Part shown: piece after piece, positions 1 through 10,877 of the stretch | How the letters are laid out: every line of letters starts with the position of its first letter | Position numbering within the stretch: the first letter of the stretch is position 1 | Virus record (IMG/VR): IMGVR_UViG_3300035396_000576 | Coordinates: 1 to 26,425 of that record | Length of the DNA stretch: 26,425 nt | Reading direction: 5' to 3' (one strand) | Origin: a virus | Lineage: Duplodnaviria > Caudoviricetes | Translations under genes and position numbers: made by a program | The notes under the pieces: generated by a model | What the model was told of the DNA's origin: nothing | Seen by the model: the letters and a program-made list of their open reading frames with translations, nothing else | Databases searched by the model: none

Positions 1-404
1 CATTTCTCCTCTGGACTCACTCTGGAGTATGAAGAATTGTTTATACTGGCTAGTTTCTTTGTAGGATATAGTGAATGGATGTAGTGTCAAATTTCATGCA
101 AAAGCAAGTATCTATACTCTTTTTCTGTACATACATTCATCACGATGACCTCTATTTTTGTATCTTTTCCTTCACCTTCAAAGGTTATATATCAGTTTGA
201 TTTCTTTTTACAATCTCTAGTCACTTCTAGTACGCTATGGATCTGTTTGGCTTCATGGATGTTTAGTACTTTGTAAGTGATCAAATCTTTGTATACTTGT
301 TGCTCTGTGCTGTAGGCATGAGTGCATCAAGGCAAAAGAATTATTCAGGCTATTATTGCTATTACTACAACTCGCAACGGTCGGTTCTCTTTGTCTGGTC
401 GCAT
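1..404 (-). CDS. Membrane-anchored or lipoprotein zinc metallopeptidase (HEXXH), 3' end outside the window
   Basis: Recoded translation MWPDKENWPLWVVVIAIIAGIILLPGCTHAYS...YLLLHEIGHYIH...YSRVSPEEK. It has a hydrophobic N-terminus ending in a lipobox-like LPGC. The HEIGH motif at 84-98 needs TGA=Gly. Confidence 0.75.
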
Positions 405-494
405 TGTTTATCTATAGGAAATAAATTTCTTGACTCTTGGAGTATACACATTTTCTTTCAAAAAGCTAGTGAAAATCAAAAGAAAATGCAAAAC

Positions 495-518
495 AAAAAA
501 GACCCCTTTCAGGATCTT
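495..518 (-). terminator. Rho-independent terminator
   Basis: Minus strand AAGATCCT-GAAA-GGGGTCTT followed by a T-run, downstream of the peptidase gene. Confidence 0.7.
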
Positions 519-624
519 GTTTTGGCGATTGGATGATACGCTCATCCAGAAACGTAAGTATATTGTCCACAATGCCAGTGGAATGCTTTCATATTACAAT
601 AATTCTCCCAAAATTCAACAGATT

Positions 625-1401
625 TTACACGGTTCTATTGATGTATTTGATCTTATCCTCACAGAGACTATTGAAATATTTGTCATTGCTCAGTGTGATC
701 ACCTCTTTCAGTAGCACAAGCAATCTTGATTTTCTGGCTATCTCTAGTTTCTTCTCGTCAGTCGTAGCTAGGAACACATACCCCTGACCACTGAACGTCC
801 CTTTGTCTACCATTTTTGAGTAGTTAGGTAATCAGTATACATTATATTTGTTTCAGAAATAGCTATCTACCACTTTTACCATCTTGTCATATATAGTAGT
901 TGTAGCATGTCAGAATGTACTAGGTTTGAACTCTACGCCATTGACTACTCCGTTATCGTTCTTGTCCGCTCAGTAAATTTTATTGCCTTTGAATGTCGTT
1001 GCTATGAGATATCATTTCTCCCAATATTTGCTAGCCTCAGATAACATCTGAATCTGAACTGAAACGACCTTTCTTTCTGGATACTTAGCATTCCACCAAT
1101 TACGTACGCAATCGACCGCTTTCCATAAATATCGACCATCGTTAGCGGGTTTTCATTGCTTTATTGATAGCTCTTTTATTTCTTTGAAGTCAGAATCTGA
1201 AAATTTATAGTTCATTGTCGCCCCAAGTGATGTTATTGAAGCGTACAGTGTACAGTCCGAGCTTCATCCTTGATTGTATTCGTATCGTACTTTATCTTGT
1301 TGTTGCAAGTTTGGTATTTCTGAGACGGCTCATGCTATGTAGTCGTTTGGACTGATCTGGTCTATTAGTTCTCATAATAGTCAATTGGTTTGGTTTTCCA
1401 T
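625..1401 (-). CDS. Papain-like cysteine peptidase, candidate endolysin (258 aa)
   Basis: Open from ATG 1401 to TAA 625 with TGA=Gly. Motifs YNQGGSSDCTLYA (Q...C), FGHATT and VVDSY match the papain-fold Cys/His/Asn(Asp) arrangement. It lies near a holin-like gene. Confidence 0.7.
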
Positions 1402-1423
1402 TTTTTTCTTTGGTAAAAAGATA

Positions 1424-1456
1424 AAAACAAAAGAGTACTGGTTTTACCCAGTACCC
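1424..1456 (-). terminator. Rho-independent terminator or attenuator upstream of the peptidase gene
   Basis: Minus strand GGGTACTGG-GTAAAA-CCAGTACTC followed by TTTTGTTTTT. Confidence 0.65.
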
Positions 1457-1514
1457 CATGCAAGACGCCGTTGTCGGCACCCTGTTTGTATATATAATAC
1501 ATGGTTTTTCAAGA

Positions 1515-1883
1515 CTACTTTTGGGTAACTACTCTGTTTATTGATAGTATTCATACTGGAGTCGTATACGAAGATGTAGACGATCGTGTCACCCTAAAAT
1601 CATAATTGAAATCTCAGAATCAGATTTGTTCTGTATCAGCTGGTGTCAATGATAGTGTGAATTTTCATTCAGTCGGCGTATCATTAGGGATCACCTTTTG
1701 CAACAAAGCGTTTTCATCCAATGGTTCAATGTCCTCTATGTCCTTTGTCCTTTTCACTGTGAAAAGAATGTCGGCTCATGTAAGATCTATTGGCTGGTCG
1801 GATGAGTTTGTAAGCTCGATAAAGAAATTACCAGAATTTCAGTATCAGATTTCCATAGTGATATTTCAAACAGCTTTTAGCAT
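1515..1883 (-). CDS. Ig-like / BppU N-terminal-like virion protein (122 aa)
   Basis: MLKAVGNITMEIGYGNSGNFFIELTNSSDQPIDLTGADILFTVK...GKFTLSLTPADT...FNYDFRV. The PIDLTG-x-I-x-F-T-V-K pattern is typical of these domains. Its start overlaps the upstream stop (TAATG). Confidence 0.55.
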
Positions 1884-2080
1884 TATAGATTTTTGATATT
1901 AGTTAAATCTGGATCAGAGGGAACTTTTTCACCTAGTTTACTATAATAATAAAACTGAACTATAAGAGCAGCAATATACATAAAATCTTTTGACTCTAGT
2001 TTTCATGTTATAAATCATATGCACATTGTTAGTAATACCATGAGCATTCAGATTCTCCTCGAGCTTTTAAATATATTCAT
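1883..2080 (-). CDS. Small two-TM holin-like protein (65 aa)
   Basis: MNIFKSSRRIGMLMVLLTMCIGFITGKLESKDFMYIAALIVQFYYYSK... has two hydrophobic segments and sits in the lysis region. Confidence 0.6.
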
Positions 2081-2104
2081 GTTTTTATTGTTATAGAAAT
2101 AAAA

Positions 2105-2416
2105 TTATTTCATCTTATCTAGTATTCTATATTTTATATCTAGATCTTCTACTCCCATAGACATAGCATCCATCCTGATCCTGATCAAGTCTTTTTGTGG
2201 TTCTGAGAACTCTAATTCAGCATCTAAAACATTGGATACACCATTTTCTGTTTTGATAGCTTTCTTGAATTCTCTGAATACCATCAAGGCTGTCAGCTCG
2301 TCCTCTTTTTGGTATACGAATGTGGTCTTGTCGGAGATGTTTACAAACATCATAGCGAATCTAATCAGTGCGATCTCGACCGCATCGAATTTAATCTTTT
2401 TAGTTTTTTCAGTCAT
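2105..2416 (-). CDS. Hypothetical phage protein (103 aa)
   Basis: Intact ORF even in the standard code, co-oriented with its neighbours and preceded by a promoter-like sequence. Confidence 0.7.
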   Translation of the reverse strand: MTEKTKKIKFDAVEIALIRFAMMFVNISDKTTFVYQKEDELTALMVFREFKKAIKTENGVSNVLDAELEFSEPQKDLIRIRMDAMSMGVEDLDIKYRILDKMK

Positions 2417-2449
2417 TGCATGTGAATAATAAAGTAAAAAAATACATTG

Positions 2450-2479
2450 ATTGTATAATCATAATACTGTATTTTTCAA
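2450..2479 (-). promoter_or_regulatory. Putative sigma70-like promoter
   Basis: TTGAAA-N18-TACAAT on the minus strand, in the intergenic gap upstream of 2416. Confidence 0.4.
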
Positions 2480-2487
2480 GTTTATTA

Positions 2488-2787
2488 TTACTTGCTATTT
2501 TTCTGATCCTGTCTTATGTCAAGCAACATAGCTTTTATCCACTGAATATCTACTTGCATTTGAGCAAACTTCACTTCGTTTCAGTCGACCTTTCTCTCTA
2601 GAGATTTTATAGTCTCCCGTATTTTCTCTTCATCTTTGATGTGTCAGTTTATACCTTTTATGGCTTCATCTACTTTAGCCTTGTAGTTACTAACTATCCA
2701 CGTATTACGAACAATAAAAGCAATAACAGTTATGATAGTTCATAATGAAGTTAGTAACATACCTCGTGATAATTGCATTTGATTCAT
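2488..2787 (-). CDS. N-terminal TM plus coiled-coil protein, possible lysis accessory (99 aa)
   Basis: MNQMQLSWGMLLTSLGTIITVIAFIVRNTWIVS...KFAQMQVDIQWIKAMLLDIR. A membrane anchor followed by a coiled coil, as often seen next to holins. Confidence 0.55.
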
Positions 2788-2845
2788 TTTTGTTTATGTA
2801 TTAAATTGTAGCCCCGAAATTGGAAAGCCACCTTGTTATAGAAGA

Positions 2846-3574
2846 TTATTTCACATACCTTTGACGACTTCATAGCGTATTTTTATATATCATTTCTATA
2901 AGTTCTAGGAACTCATTTTTAGATAAAGTAGATTTTGCCTTATTACACCGCTTACAACAAGGAACTATATTATCTTTTTCATATCACCTACTATTGTCTA
3001 CCCTATCAATTCAATTATACTTATATACAGCTCGCGATGTTTTTATATTTGTCGATGATATTTGATGCCTTCAACAATAAATACATTCTTTTTGTGTTAT
3101 CTCTAAAAAGTCATCAAAAGATATTTCAAAATTTCTTCATTTATCATTAGCGTTTCTTTTATACCCTCTGTAAATCTGGTACGCTGGTGCTAATCATTCG
3201 GGCTTTCTTATGTTTTCTTTCCATAAACATCAACAACTCTTTATTATTCATCTTGTTAGTTTTGAAGAACTGACTACTTTAGTATTTCAGCAATCACATC
3301 TACATTCTCGATAGTATGTATCTTTTTCTTTTCTATCTAATTTTATTGCGGTTAATTTGTTAATTTTTTTTCATTTTATATCTATGATTGGAGATGAACG
3401 TTTACATCAACAGCTTACTGTTTGTTTGTTAATAAGATGGGAAGAAGATATAAGCTTTTCATTTCAACAATCACACAAACATTTCCAAAGCTTATTTCAA
3501 TTTTTTGTTAATCACTGCTGGTCTAATACTAATAATCTTCAGAATCTCTTCCATTTCAAGTCAAGTATTTTCAC
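2846..3574 (-). CDS. HNH homing endonuclease with two N-terminal W-x-C-x-CDCG...SCGC repeats (242 aa)
   Basis: GTG start. DLKWKRFGRLLVL...LWKCLCDCGN...SCGC, then a second repeat YWECRCDCGN...SCGC, then CIYCG...NGIDRVDNSRGYEKDNIVPCCKWCNKAK. Confidence 0.85.
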
Positions 3575-3642
3575 TTTATGTAGTAAGATATAAAAAATAA
3601 TGTTATTTTATATATACTTGACTACTTTATATTTTCAAGTGA

Positions 3643-5952
3643 TTATTTCGAGTATCTTGCACGGCTTCAAAGTGTATCTACCTGTACGTGCATTGCTATT
3701 TGTTCTAGCAGTGCATCTCAGGCGTATGTATCTTGTGCATCTGATGGAGTCCTTCTAAGATTGAATCAGATTTTATCTCATATTTGATATCATAGATTTG
3801 GCAATACTCACAGACTAATAATGTGATGATAGTATTGAGTGCTAGCTACTACGGTGTCGACTACAGAGATTGTTGTTTGTGCTGATGGTCATAATTGTGC
3901 TGGTGAATGTTCCCAATCAAAGAATCGTTTTACAGCTCAACTTCATGTCGTATTTGGTCTCCAATGTACATGAATCTCTATCACACTTCAGTACATATAA
4001 TCATGTGGTATTTCAAAGCTTCAAGATAATCTTTCTTGTGTTGCTCCTCAATCAAAGGCGTACATTTGTCTAGCTACTCATCATATTGTAGCTCCAACGC
4101 TATCAGGTGCAGTTGCTCAGGAAGCAGGTACAAGTATTGCAGGGTATTCATCTCTATAGCAAGAAGCATCACCATTAGCTACGTATGTTCAATCAGCTTC
4201 AAAACTTGAATAATTCACTGGTCATCATATACGAGCCGTTCAGGCTTGTATTCATTGTTGAAAAACAGGTACTCAGTTGATTACCGTTTGTGGTGTCGTC
4301 TGGTCTATTTTGAGAAAGTCTGATATTTTACTAGTAAAATCAAAGTATTTTCAAATGTTATTCCATACTGGAAATTGTCAGTCTAATGTTAATGGAGTTC
4401 AGTTTATATCTGAAAGTTCTTCTAGTGTTTTATGTCTTTGGATATTTACTAATATGCTACCTATTCAAGCACCTCATACAATAGCCACCGTTCAAACGAT
4501 GTCTGAATGGTGTGGTGCTGATGGTTCAATATTGGTTAATTGTCAAGCCACTGTTTTACTTACATAGAGCAAGTCTCATTCTGCCCAAGTAGTTCACCGA
4601 TCACCAGCTCAGCTATAGTTAGTTTTTATTTGTCTTACATATCATAATATCGTAACAAATCACTCATCATCATTAAGTATATCTTGTGTAAGTATTCAAA
4701 CAACCTTACTTGTAGAGTCAGAATCTGAACTTGCCAATAAAGCCTTTGGACGATTTCATTGTCTTCCAGAAAAATAAACAGGACTACCATTAGGGAGTGT
4801 TGAACCTGTTTTGTTTATGCATTTAATAAATAGCTCTTGTCAAATTTGTTGCATTACTCCAAAAGGCATACCCAGATCCATAGTTCAATCTGTACTATTC
4901 CACCTCATTTCTCATGGATTCAAGGCATCAACTGAGGCTGGTGTTTCGTCAAATACCAATGTATCTATATTGGAGTTGCTTCAGTCTGAATTTATGTAGC
5001 TTCAGGCAGGTTGTTTGCTATTAAAAAGATTCCAATCTGATCAACTCAAATATCAGTCTACTCACGCCGAAGCGACTCATAGCTTAGTTTTTATTGACGA
5101 TTGTGTTTCATCACCTGTATTTGTTCAAGAAACAAGATCCAAATATGATCTATTTGTATGTGTAATTGCTATCTTTTCGGCTGGTGTCACGAATACTCTG
5201 GTCAAGCTTTCTGTGATCTGGTCAGCTGTATAGTCACCACTCTGTGCAGAGATAGCTCAGGTTCTTCAAAATACTGAGACTACTCAGTTTGCGGTTGGTG
5301 ATCTCTCTCGGATAGTTCCATTGTATATCACAAAATCACCTATATAGAACTTTATAGCTCATGATCATAGGTTTTGTGTTCACTCTACGCTAGTCCTATA
5401 AGTATCTCACGTATCACCAGTTCAGTCAGCTAGGGTTGGCGTATTTGTCAATGCGTTCCATGCTCCTTTGTATTCCATTATAGAAGTAGGGAGTTGTGCC
5501 ATTGGCACCTTTCATCATGAGTCAAGCGAAGCGTATCAGTTTGCCACTCATCTATTTGCCACATTTTCTGGAGTAAATCAGAGTGCATTTTGCTTTGAGT
5601 TGAATGTATTCCAGTCCGCAGAAGACAACGCCCCATTTATGCTATTTGTCGCCAGTCATAGACTGAGAACTTGCCCTAGTATTGATAGTCAGTTTCATGT
5701 TCAGATTGTCACTGGATTGTGTAAGTCAGAAAGTTTCGCATCTACTTGTGCTGATGTATAATAATCTAGCAGTATAGCATCAGATTCAGTCTTTGTATAG
5801 ATATTACCAAAATAACCATTTCAAGCAGAGATGGAGTGTGGTCATAGGTTAACATCTTTGAAGGCACCAGTATATGGTACAAATTCTACAGGGATGTCTG
5901 CGAATTTGTATATGATTGGTTCTTCAGCCTCTAGCTTGAATTTTATATCCAT
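3643..5952 (-). CDS. Tail fibre / receptor-binding protein (769 aa)
   Basis: 2310-nt frame open with TGA=Gly. Fibre motifs include GVANGYASLDSGGKVP, YKGAWNALTNTPTLADG, VVSVFGRTGAISAQSGDYTADQI and a repeated DWN-x-FNSKQ. Confidence 0.8.
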
Positions 5953-5981
5953 CTCTATTTTATAAAAAAATTAAATCTGAT

Positions 5982-6344
5982 CTATACACTCTTGGGATAT
6001 TTATGTTTTACTTCCATTACTCTTGCCTTCATATCTTCCATATCCTGTCATCATTTCCATATAGCATCTAATTGGTCTCAAATACTTGGATATTCTGCAA
6101 GTCTTTTACTTTGATATTCATATTTTTTATAATTCAAATATTCATCATTATCTGATACCACCAGTTCTCATTCTACTATTTCAAATAAGCATCCAAATTT
6201 TTCGATCTTTTCCATATCAATATCGGAAATCTCAAATTCTTGTAAGTTGTCTTTCATTTTTTCGTAAGTGTCTTGTCTCCACTCGACCACTCATATGTAT
6301 TTTGTAGTTCAATTCTTTTCTTGTATCAGTGTGACTTTCTTCAT
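5982..6344 (-). CDS. Tail fibre-associated (assembly/chaperone-like) protein (120 aa)
   Basis: The C-terminus KRLAEYPSIGDQLDAIWK...VMEVKHKYPK matches the widespread phage R-xx-EYP-x-I-x-DQLD...VK-x-KYPK motif found next to fibre genes. Confidence 0.7.
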
Positions 6345-6366
6345 GATAATGAATTTTTATATAAAA

Positions 6367-7065
6367 TTATACAGACTCATAAAAATTACAAATAAGCGAG
6401 GATGAAAATGTACCTAGAACTGCTTTATAGTATTGATCTGGTAAAATCGGACAACTCAATGTCATCTGTGGAGTTTGAGAACTTGCCACTAGATGTCAGT
6501 AAGCCACTATTGTCGTTGGTGTTGAATTCGAGTCACTATAAATTCGTGCATCGTTTCAAGGATTAGAAGCACTTCATTGGAACGAGAAAACTAAAAGTCA
6601 TCACTTACCTGATGCTTGGTATGTTGTACCTGCTGTTTTTGGTGTTTTTGTATTATAGGAAATTGATGCTGATAATATAGCACCTCCTACAACATCGTAT
6701 CTGAAATCAGAAATAGATGTTATGACTCATCAAGAACAAACAACAGTAGCTAATCTAGCGTAGTCAGAATTCCACGTAGTGGTATTTATTTGTATTACTC
6801 ATGATCCATCTATCTGCACGTAATTTGTTGCGGAGTCTGTGACTGAAATATCTATTCATCAGGCGTATTGTCATATAATAGCACCTACTACATAGTTTCA
6901 TGCTCCAATATCTATTTTTAATGCTATCCCACTTATAGCAAGAAAGACTTTCAGTCTATCGTCTCAATTTGCATAAATATCGTCAATATCTTCATTGATA
7001 TCTTGCATTCTTGACGCCTGTAGTTCGTCTTCTGGTGATCGATTCTGGCTGTTTTTTCTTGGCAT
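6367..7065 (-). CDS. Tail tip or short fibre structural protein (232 aa)
   Basis: MPRKNSQNWSPEDELQASRMQDIN...NYVQIDGSGVIQINTTTWNSDYARLATVVCSGGVITSISDFR. Beta-rich and in tail context. Confidence 0.6.
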
Positions 7066-7075
7066 AGTTTACTTT

Positions 7076-7627
7076 TTAGTAGCTAAAGTTACGCTCGGGG
7101 AATATCAATTTCAGATGCAATCTCTTATGGTCTTTTATGGTCATAAGTCTTAAATTTTCAAGGTCATTATTTGCTTTATCAAAATCAATATGATGTACAC
7201 ATTCCTTTGATTTATCTATTTTTCTTCATATCTGTGTTTCTATCAAATGGATATGTTCACGTGCCCAATTTCATTCTCAAAGTTTTATCAAGATATATCA
7301 TTGTGCATTTTTTCTTCTAGTTCATATTTCTGTATAGTTTGGGTTGTCTTTTGATTTCCATATTATAGACATCTTATCCATAAATTCTTTAGAATGATTA
7401 TTTCATCTTTTGATTGCACTATCTGACATCTTTTTTCTAGATTCTTCAGAAAAAACGCCAGTCTTTCATTTATTCCATCATATTCTACCTTTGCAACTTT
7501 CAGATATTTTCTTTCTTTGTTCATCAGTAAAATGTTTTCATAATCTTGCAGGCTTTCTACCTTTACATCCTAAACGAATTTTTTTCTTAGATTCCTCTGA
7601 CATTTTAGATCATTTTCTCATAGTCAT
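7076..7627 (-). CDS. HNH homing endonuclease with NUMOD3 repeats (183 aa)
   Basis: NUMOD3-like repeats SEESKKKI, TDEQRKKISES and SEESRKKMS plus WNKGK. HNH core EHIHLIE..IGRK...VHHIDFDKANNDLENLRLMTIKDHKRLH. Confidence 0.9.
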
Positions 7628-7687
7628 ATTAGTTATAAATTAAATATGATTATGATACGTATTTTATTCTAAAACTCAAGTTAATCG

Positions 7688-8206
7688 TTATCACAGTATA
7701 GTGAATGAAATATTTATACTCAAATCCTCGAGTCAGTTCAATGACTGATCCATATTTATTCTACTCAATAAAAATCATGTATTCAGCGTTGCGGTTCCAT
7801 CAATAAAGACTCATATTTCTTGGAGGTTTAGCGTTCATATATTTGCTTTGTCATAGTATACATCCAAGTATGCCACGTTATCTATGGAGTACCTACTATC
7901 AAATAGATCTCTTCTTGTCTCAGCTCAGAGTTTCACGTCTCAGTAGTTGGCTGGTGTATCGTCAGTACCTAGAGCCACATAGTTTGCCTTCAATGTCGGA
8001 GTGATACTTGATCCACTTATCAATTGTGCAATGCTACTCCTTATTATCAATGGTACCAGATTATGTCACTCCCGTATTTCTACGCCTTCTACTTTATTAT
8101 TTTTCAGATATTCTATTTTCTCCTTGTTTGATTTTAGAAAATCTAAGGTACCAGCTGGTATCTTTGTGATCTTGTAATTGCATATTGTTTGGATGTCTTT
8201 TTTCAT
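7688..8206 (-). CDS. Tail tip/baseplate protein (172 aa)
   Basis: WEGHNLV...YVALGTDDTPA..GDVKLGAE...LQEIGVF...LLSR resembles phage tail-collar/baseplate modules. It follows the large tail protein. Confidence 0.6.
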
Positions 8207-8207
8207 A

Positions 8208-10877
8208 TTAGCTTGCAGAACTAAAAGAAGCTATTCAAGGAGATGTCACGGTCTCTACTGAGTTGTCTCTTACATAAAATCAAGCTAATCTTACGGTCGC
8301 CACCAATTCGTCTATCTCTATCTTCAAGTCGTAGTTTACAGTGTTTGCATTCGTAGTGAAGTTCACTGATTGTATGTTGAAATCTCCTACTACGTTTGGT
8401 ATTGTGAACGTTTGGGTTGCCAGAATTGTGTCGTTACTATCATACTCTCTTATATAGGCTTTTATTGTTCAACTTCAAGAAGTAATTGACAAATTTTTCA
8501 GCCAAAAAAAGAAATCAAAGTTCCTACTATTTGGTATTCAAGATTTCATCAGTGTGATACTTGATTTTTTTCAAGCCGTAGCGTATAGGTTCTGGAGTTC
8601 CAAAATTCTTCCCGTAGAATAATTTGAATCTGAAACAAACGAAGCCTGTCAGTCACCATTTGCGGACGTGATCATGAACCATCTATTTCCTGATTTACCT
8701 CAAATATATTGTGTGTTTGTAGATACTCCACTTTCATTATAGAACCAATAGAATTTATTGTACTTAGAACCCGCATAGTATGGTCATGTATTGATAGCTG
8801 GGACGATCATGTCGGCTATTGTGATGTCTTCGTCATCGTTTACTGGTATTATCACTTCTACACTATCGTCTATTAGTAAGTTAGATGATTTCTTGAAAAG
8901 TAATTGAAAGAATTCTACGTAGTCAAAGAATCTAGTGGTGATATCAACTTTATATGAGAATAGGTTTCAGATTAAACATTTTGTTGATATCTTTTGGACC
9001 TGGAAATACTTTGCAACTCCTCTTGCAGGATCATTTACATATACCATTTGTCAGAGTCCTATTCAGTTTATATCAGTAGTGAATGTATAGGATACCAATG
9101 GATCCTTTCTCATTGCTACTTCTATGTATGCCCTTTGCCTAGCAACCTCAATCGTATCTATATTTTTATCAATAATAATCTGACCGTCAAAAATTCAGTC
9201 ACCTCCTACCAATAGCTTCATTGCATTGATTGCGGTCTGGTCAGCGTATCTTACGGATATTGTTTTGTATGGATAGTATGTCCAGATGATCTCAGTACCC
9301 GATGCTACTACTCATGCACTGGCGTTCTTTACTACCTTTTCACTAAAATTATATATAAAATCTACAGTCGTAGGGTCAGTGATTCACTCTGGTCAGATTG
9401 TTTTTTCTACTCATCAAACAAAGATTTTCAATCATTGCAATATTACTCATCCTGCAGTTGTCCTTACTCATACTGGCTTATAATCAAGGTTGAATGATGT
9501 TTGTACTCAATCAGCTTTCCTTTTTTGGGTATAGAGTGCGTTCACTGGAGCTTCGTTTCACTCCACTAATTGTCTATTTGTGATCTGGCTTGTATCTATT
9601 TTTATATCCAAATCTGAGTACTTTCTTTCAGTACTGAGCGGATCAGTGTATAGTTGGAATGTACTGATGCCTTCACCGTCAGAATAATAATAATGCAAAT
9701 CTCTATCATAGTCTATGTACCAGAAATGATTCAGTTTTTTGGTGATATCTTCAAAACAGAAACTGACACTTTTCCCCTTGTAGCGGACCTGTGCAAATTT
9801 TTGTCATCATTTTTTGGCGTTCACCATGGTTATTCAACCAGTGGTTATATTAGAGTAGTCAAAAAGTACGTAATCTATAGCATCGGATCCTATGATTTCG
9901 TATTGCAACCATACCACTCCAGTCAATGTCGGACTTCATACTGTATTATCTGGACTGGCTATCTTGAAACTTTCATATAATCGTAGATCGTCTCGTGTAT
10001 TTCAGGTGTGGGTATTATTTCGTTCAAAATAATTGCTAGAATCCTGTCAGAGTCTGACTTTGAAACTTGTTATATTTATTCACTGGCCAGCTTTAGCTTT
10101 CCGCCAATAACGAAAATCTGAATAGCTTGTCAGATCAACACTGGTCACGGCTTTTGTCCATGTCGCAGTTCATGCTCATGTCGTAGTAGCTTTTTGGCAG
10201 AATGTTCACTGGATCCTATCAGCAGAATAATTTGTAGTTGAATTTCCAACGCCCGCACCAGTCATAGAACTACCGAAATCAAACACATCTGTTTGGGTAT
10301 CGTTTGCCACAAAGTTGTATATCATTCTCGCCAATATTTCTCTAGTGTACATATCCTGGTATGTATCGATCACAGTCTTTCTATCGATGAATTTCTCAAA
10401 TGATATTATCTGGTATGAGTACCTTGTATCGTTTGTAGACTTTGACATCAGCTCCTGGTCTACTCTATCTATTACTCAACTGAAAAATCTCTTACCACAG
10501 TTTGTCTTTATGGTATAGTCTCTTTTTAGGTTTGTTGAAAATGTTATTTTTTTGGTGACTGGATCAACGTCACTTATGATTTTTTCTTCCTGGTATCAGT
10601 TCACGTCGATAACAAATTTTAATCAGATTTGATACTTTTGTTCTATGTCGTATACATCGTTGAAGTACATGAAATTTTCCCCAACATTTCATTGGATAAT
10701 ATTGTATATTGTATCTCGGATGTATACCACTGATTCTTGTGATAGATATACGTTATTTAGTGAGAATGAACATGTATTTTTGTTATTGTTCAAAGCCTCT
10801 TGCTTGCCAAGAGTTTTCATGACTAAAGCTTCGGAGTAGTCAACTCAGTTATTGATTATTTGTATTCATTGTCTCAT
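8208..10877 (-). CDS. Large minor tail (hub/tail tip) protein (889 aa)
   Basis: 2670-nt frame open with TGA=Gly directly after the tape measure gene. Contains FWYIDYDRDLHYY and DTSQITNRQLVEG, and includes track fragment 10206-10448. Confidence 0.75.

Noticed and set aside
495-600. Possible suppressor tRNA (UCA or UCG anticodon)
   Set aside because: Hairpins are present, but I find no cloverleaf, T-loop GTTC motif or acceptor stem.
1292-1480. 62-aa minus-strand ORF from the track
   Set aside because: It runs through a terminator and overlaps the peptidase gene out of frame.
3643-7065. Diversity-generating retroelement or CRISPR array near the fibre genes
   Set aside because: I saw no reverse transcriptase, no nucleotide-level TR/VR pair and no regularly spaced repeats in the window.
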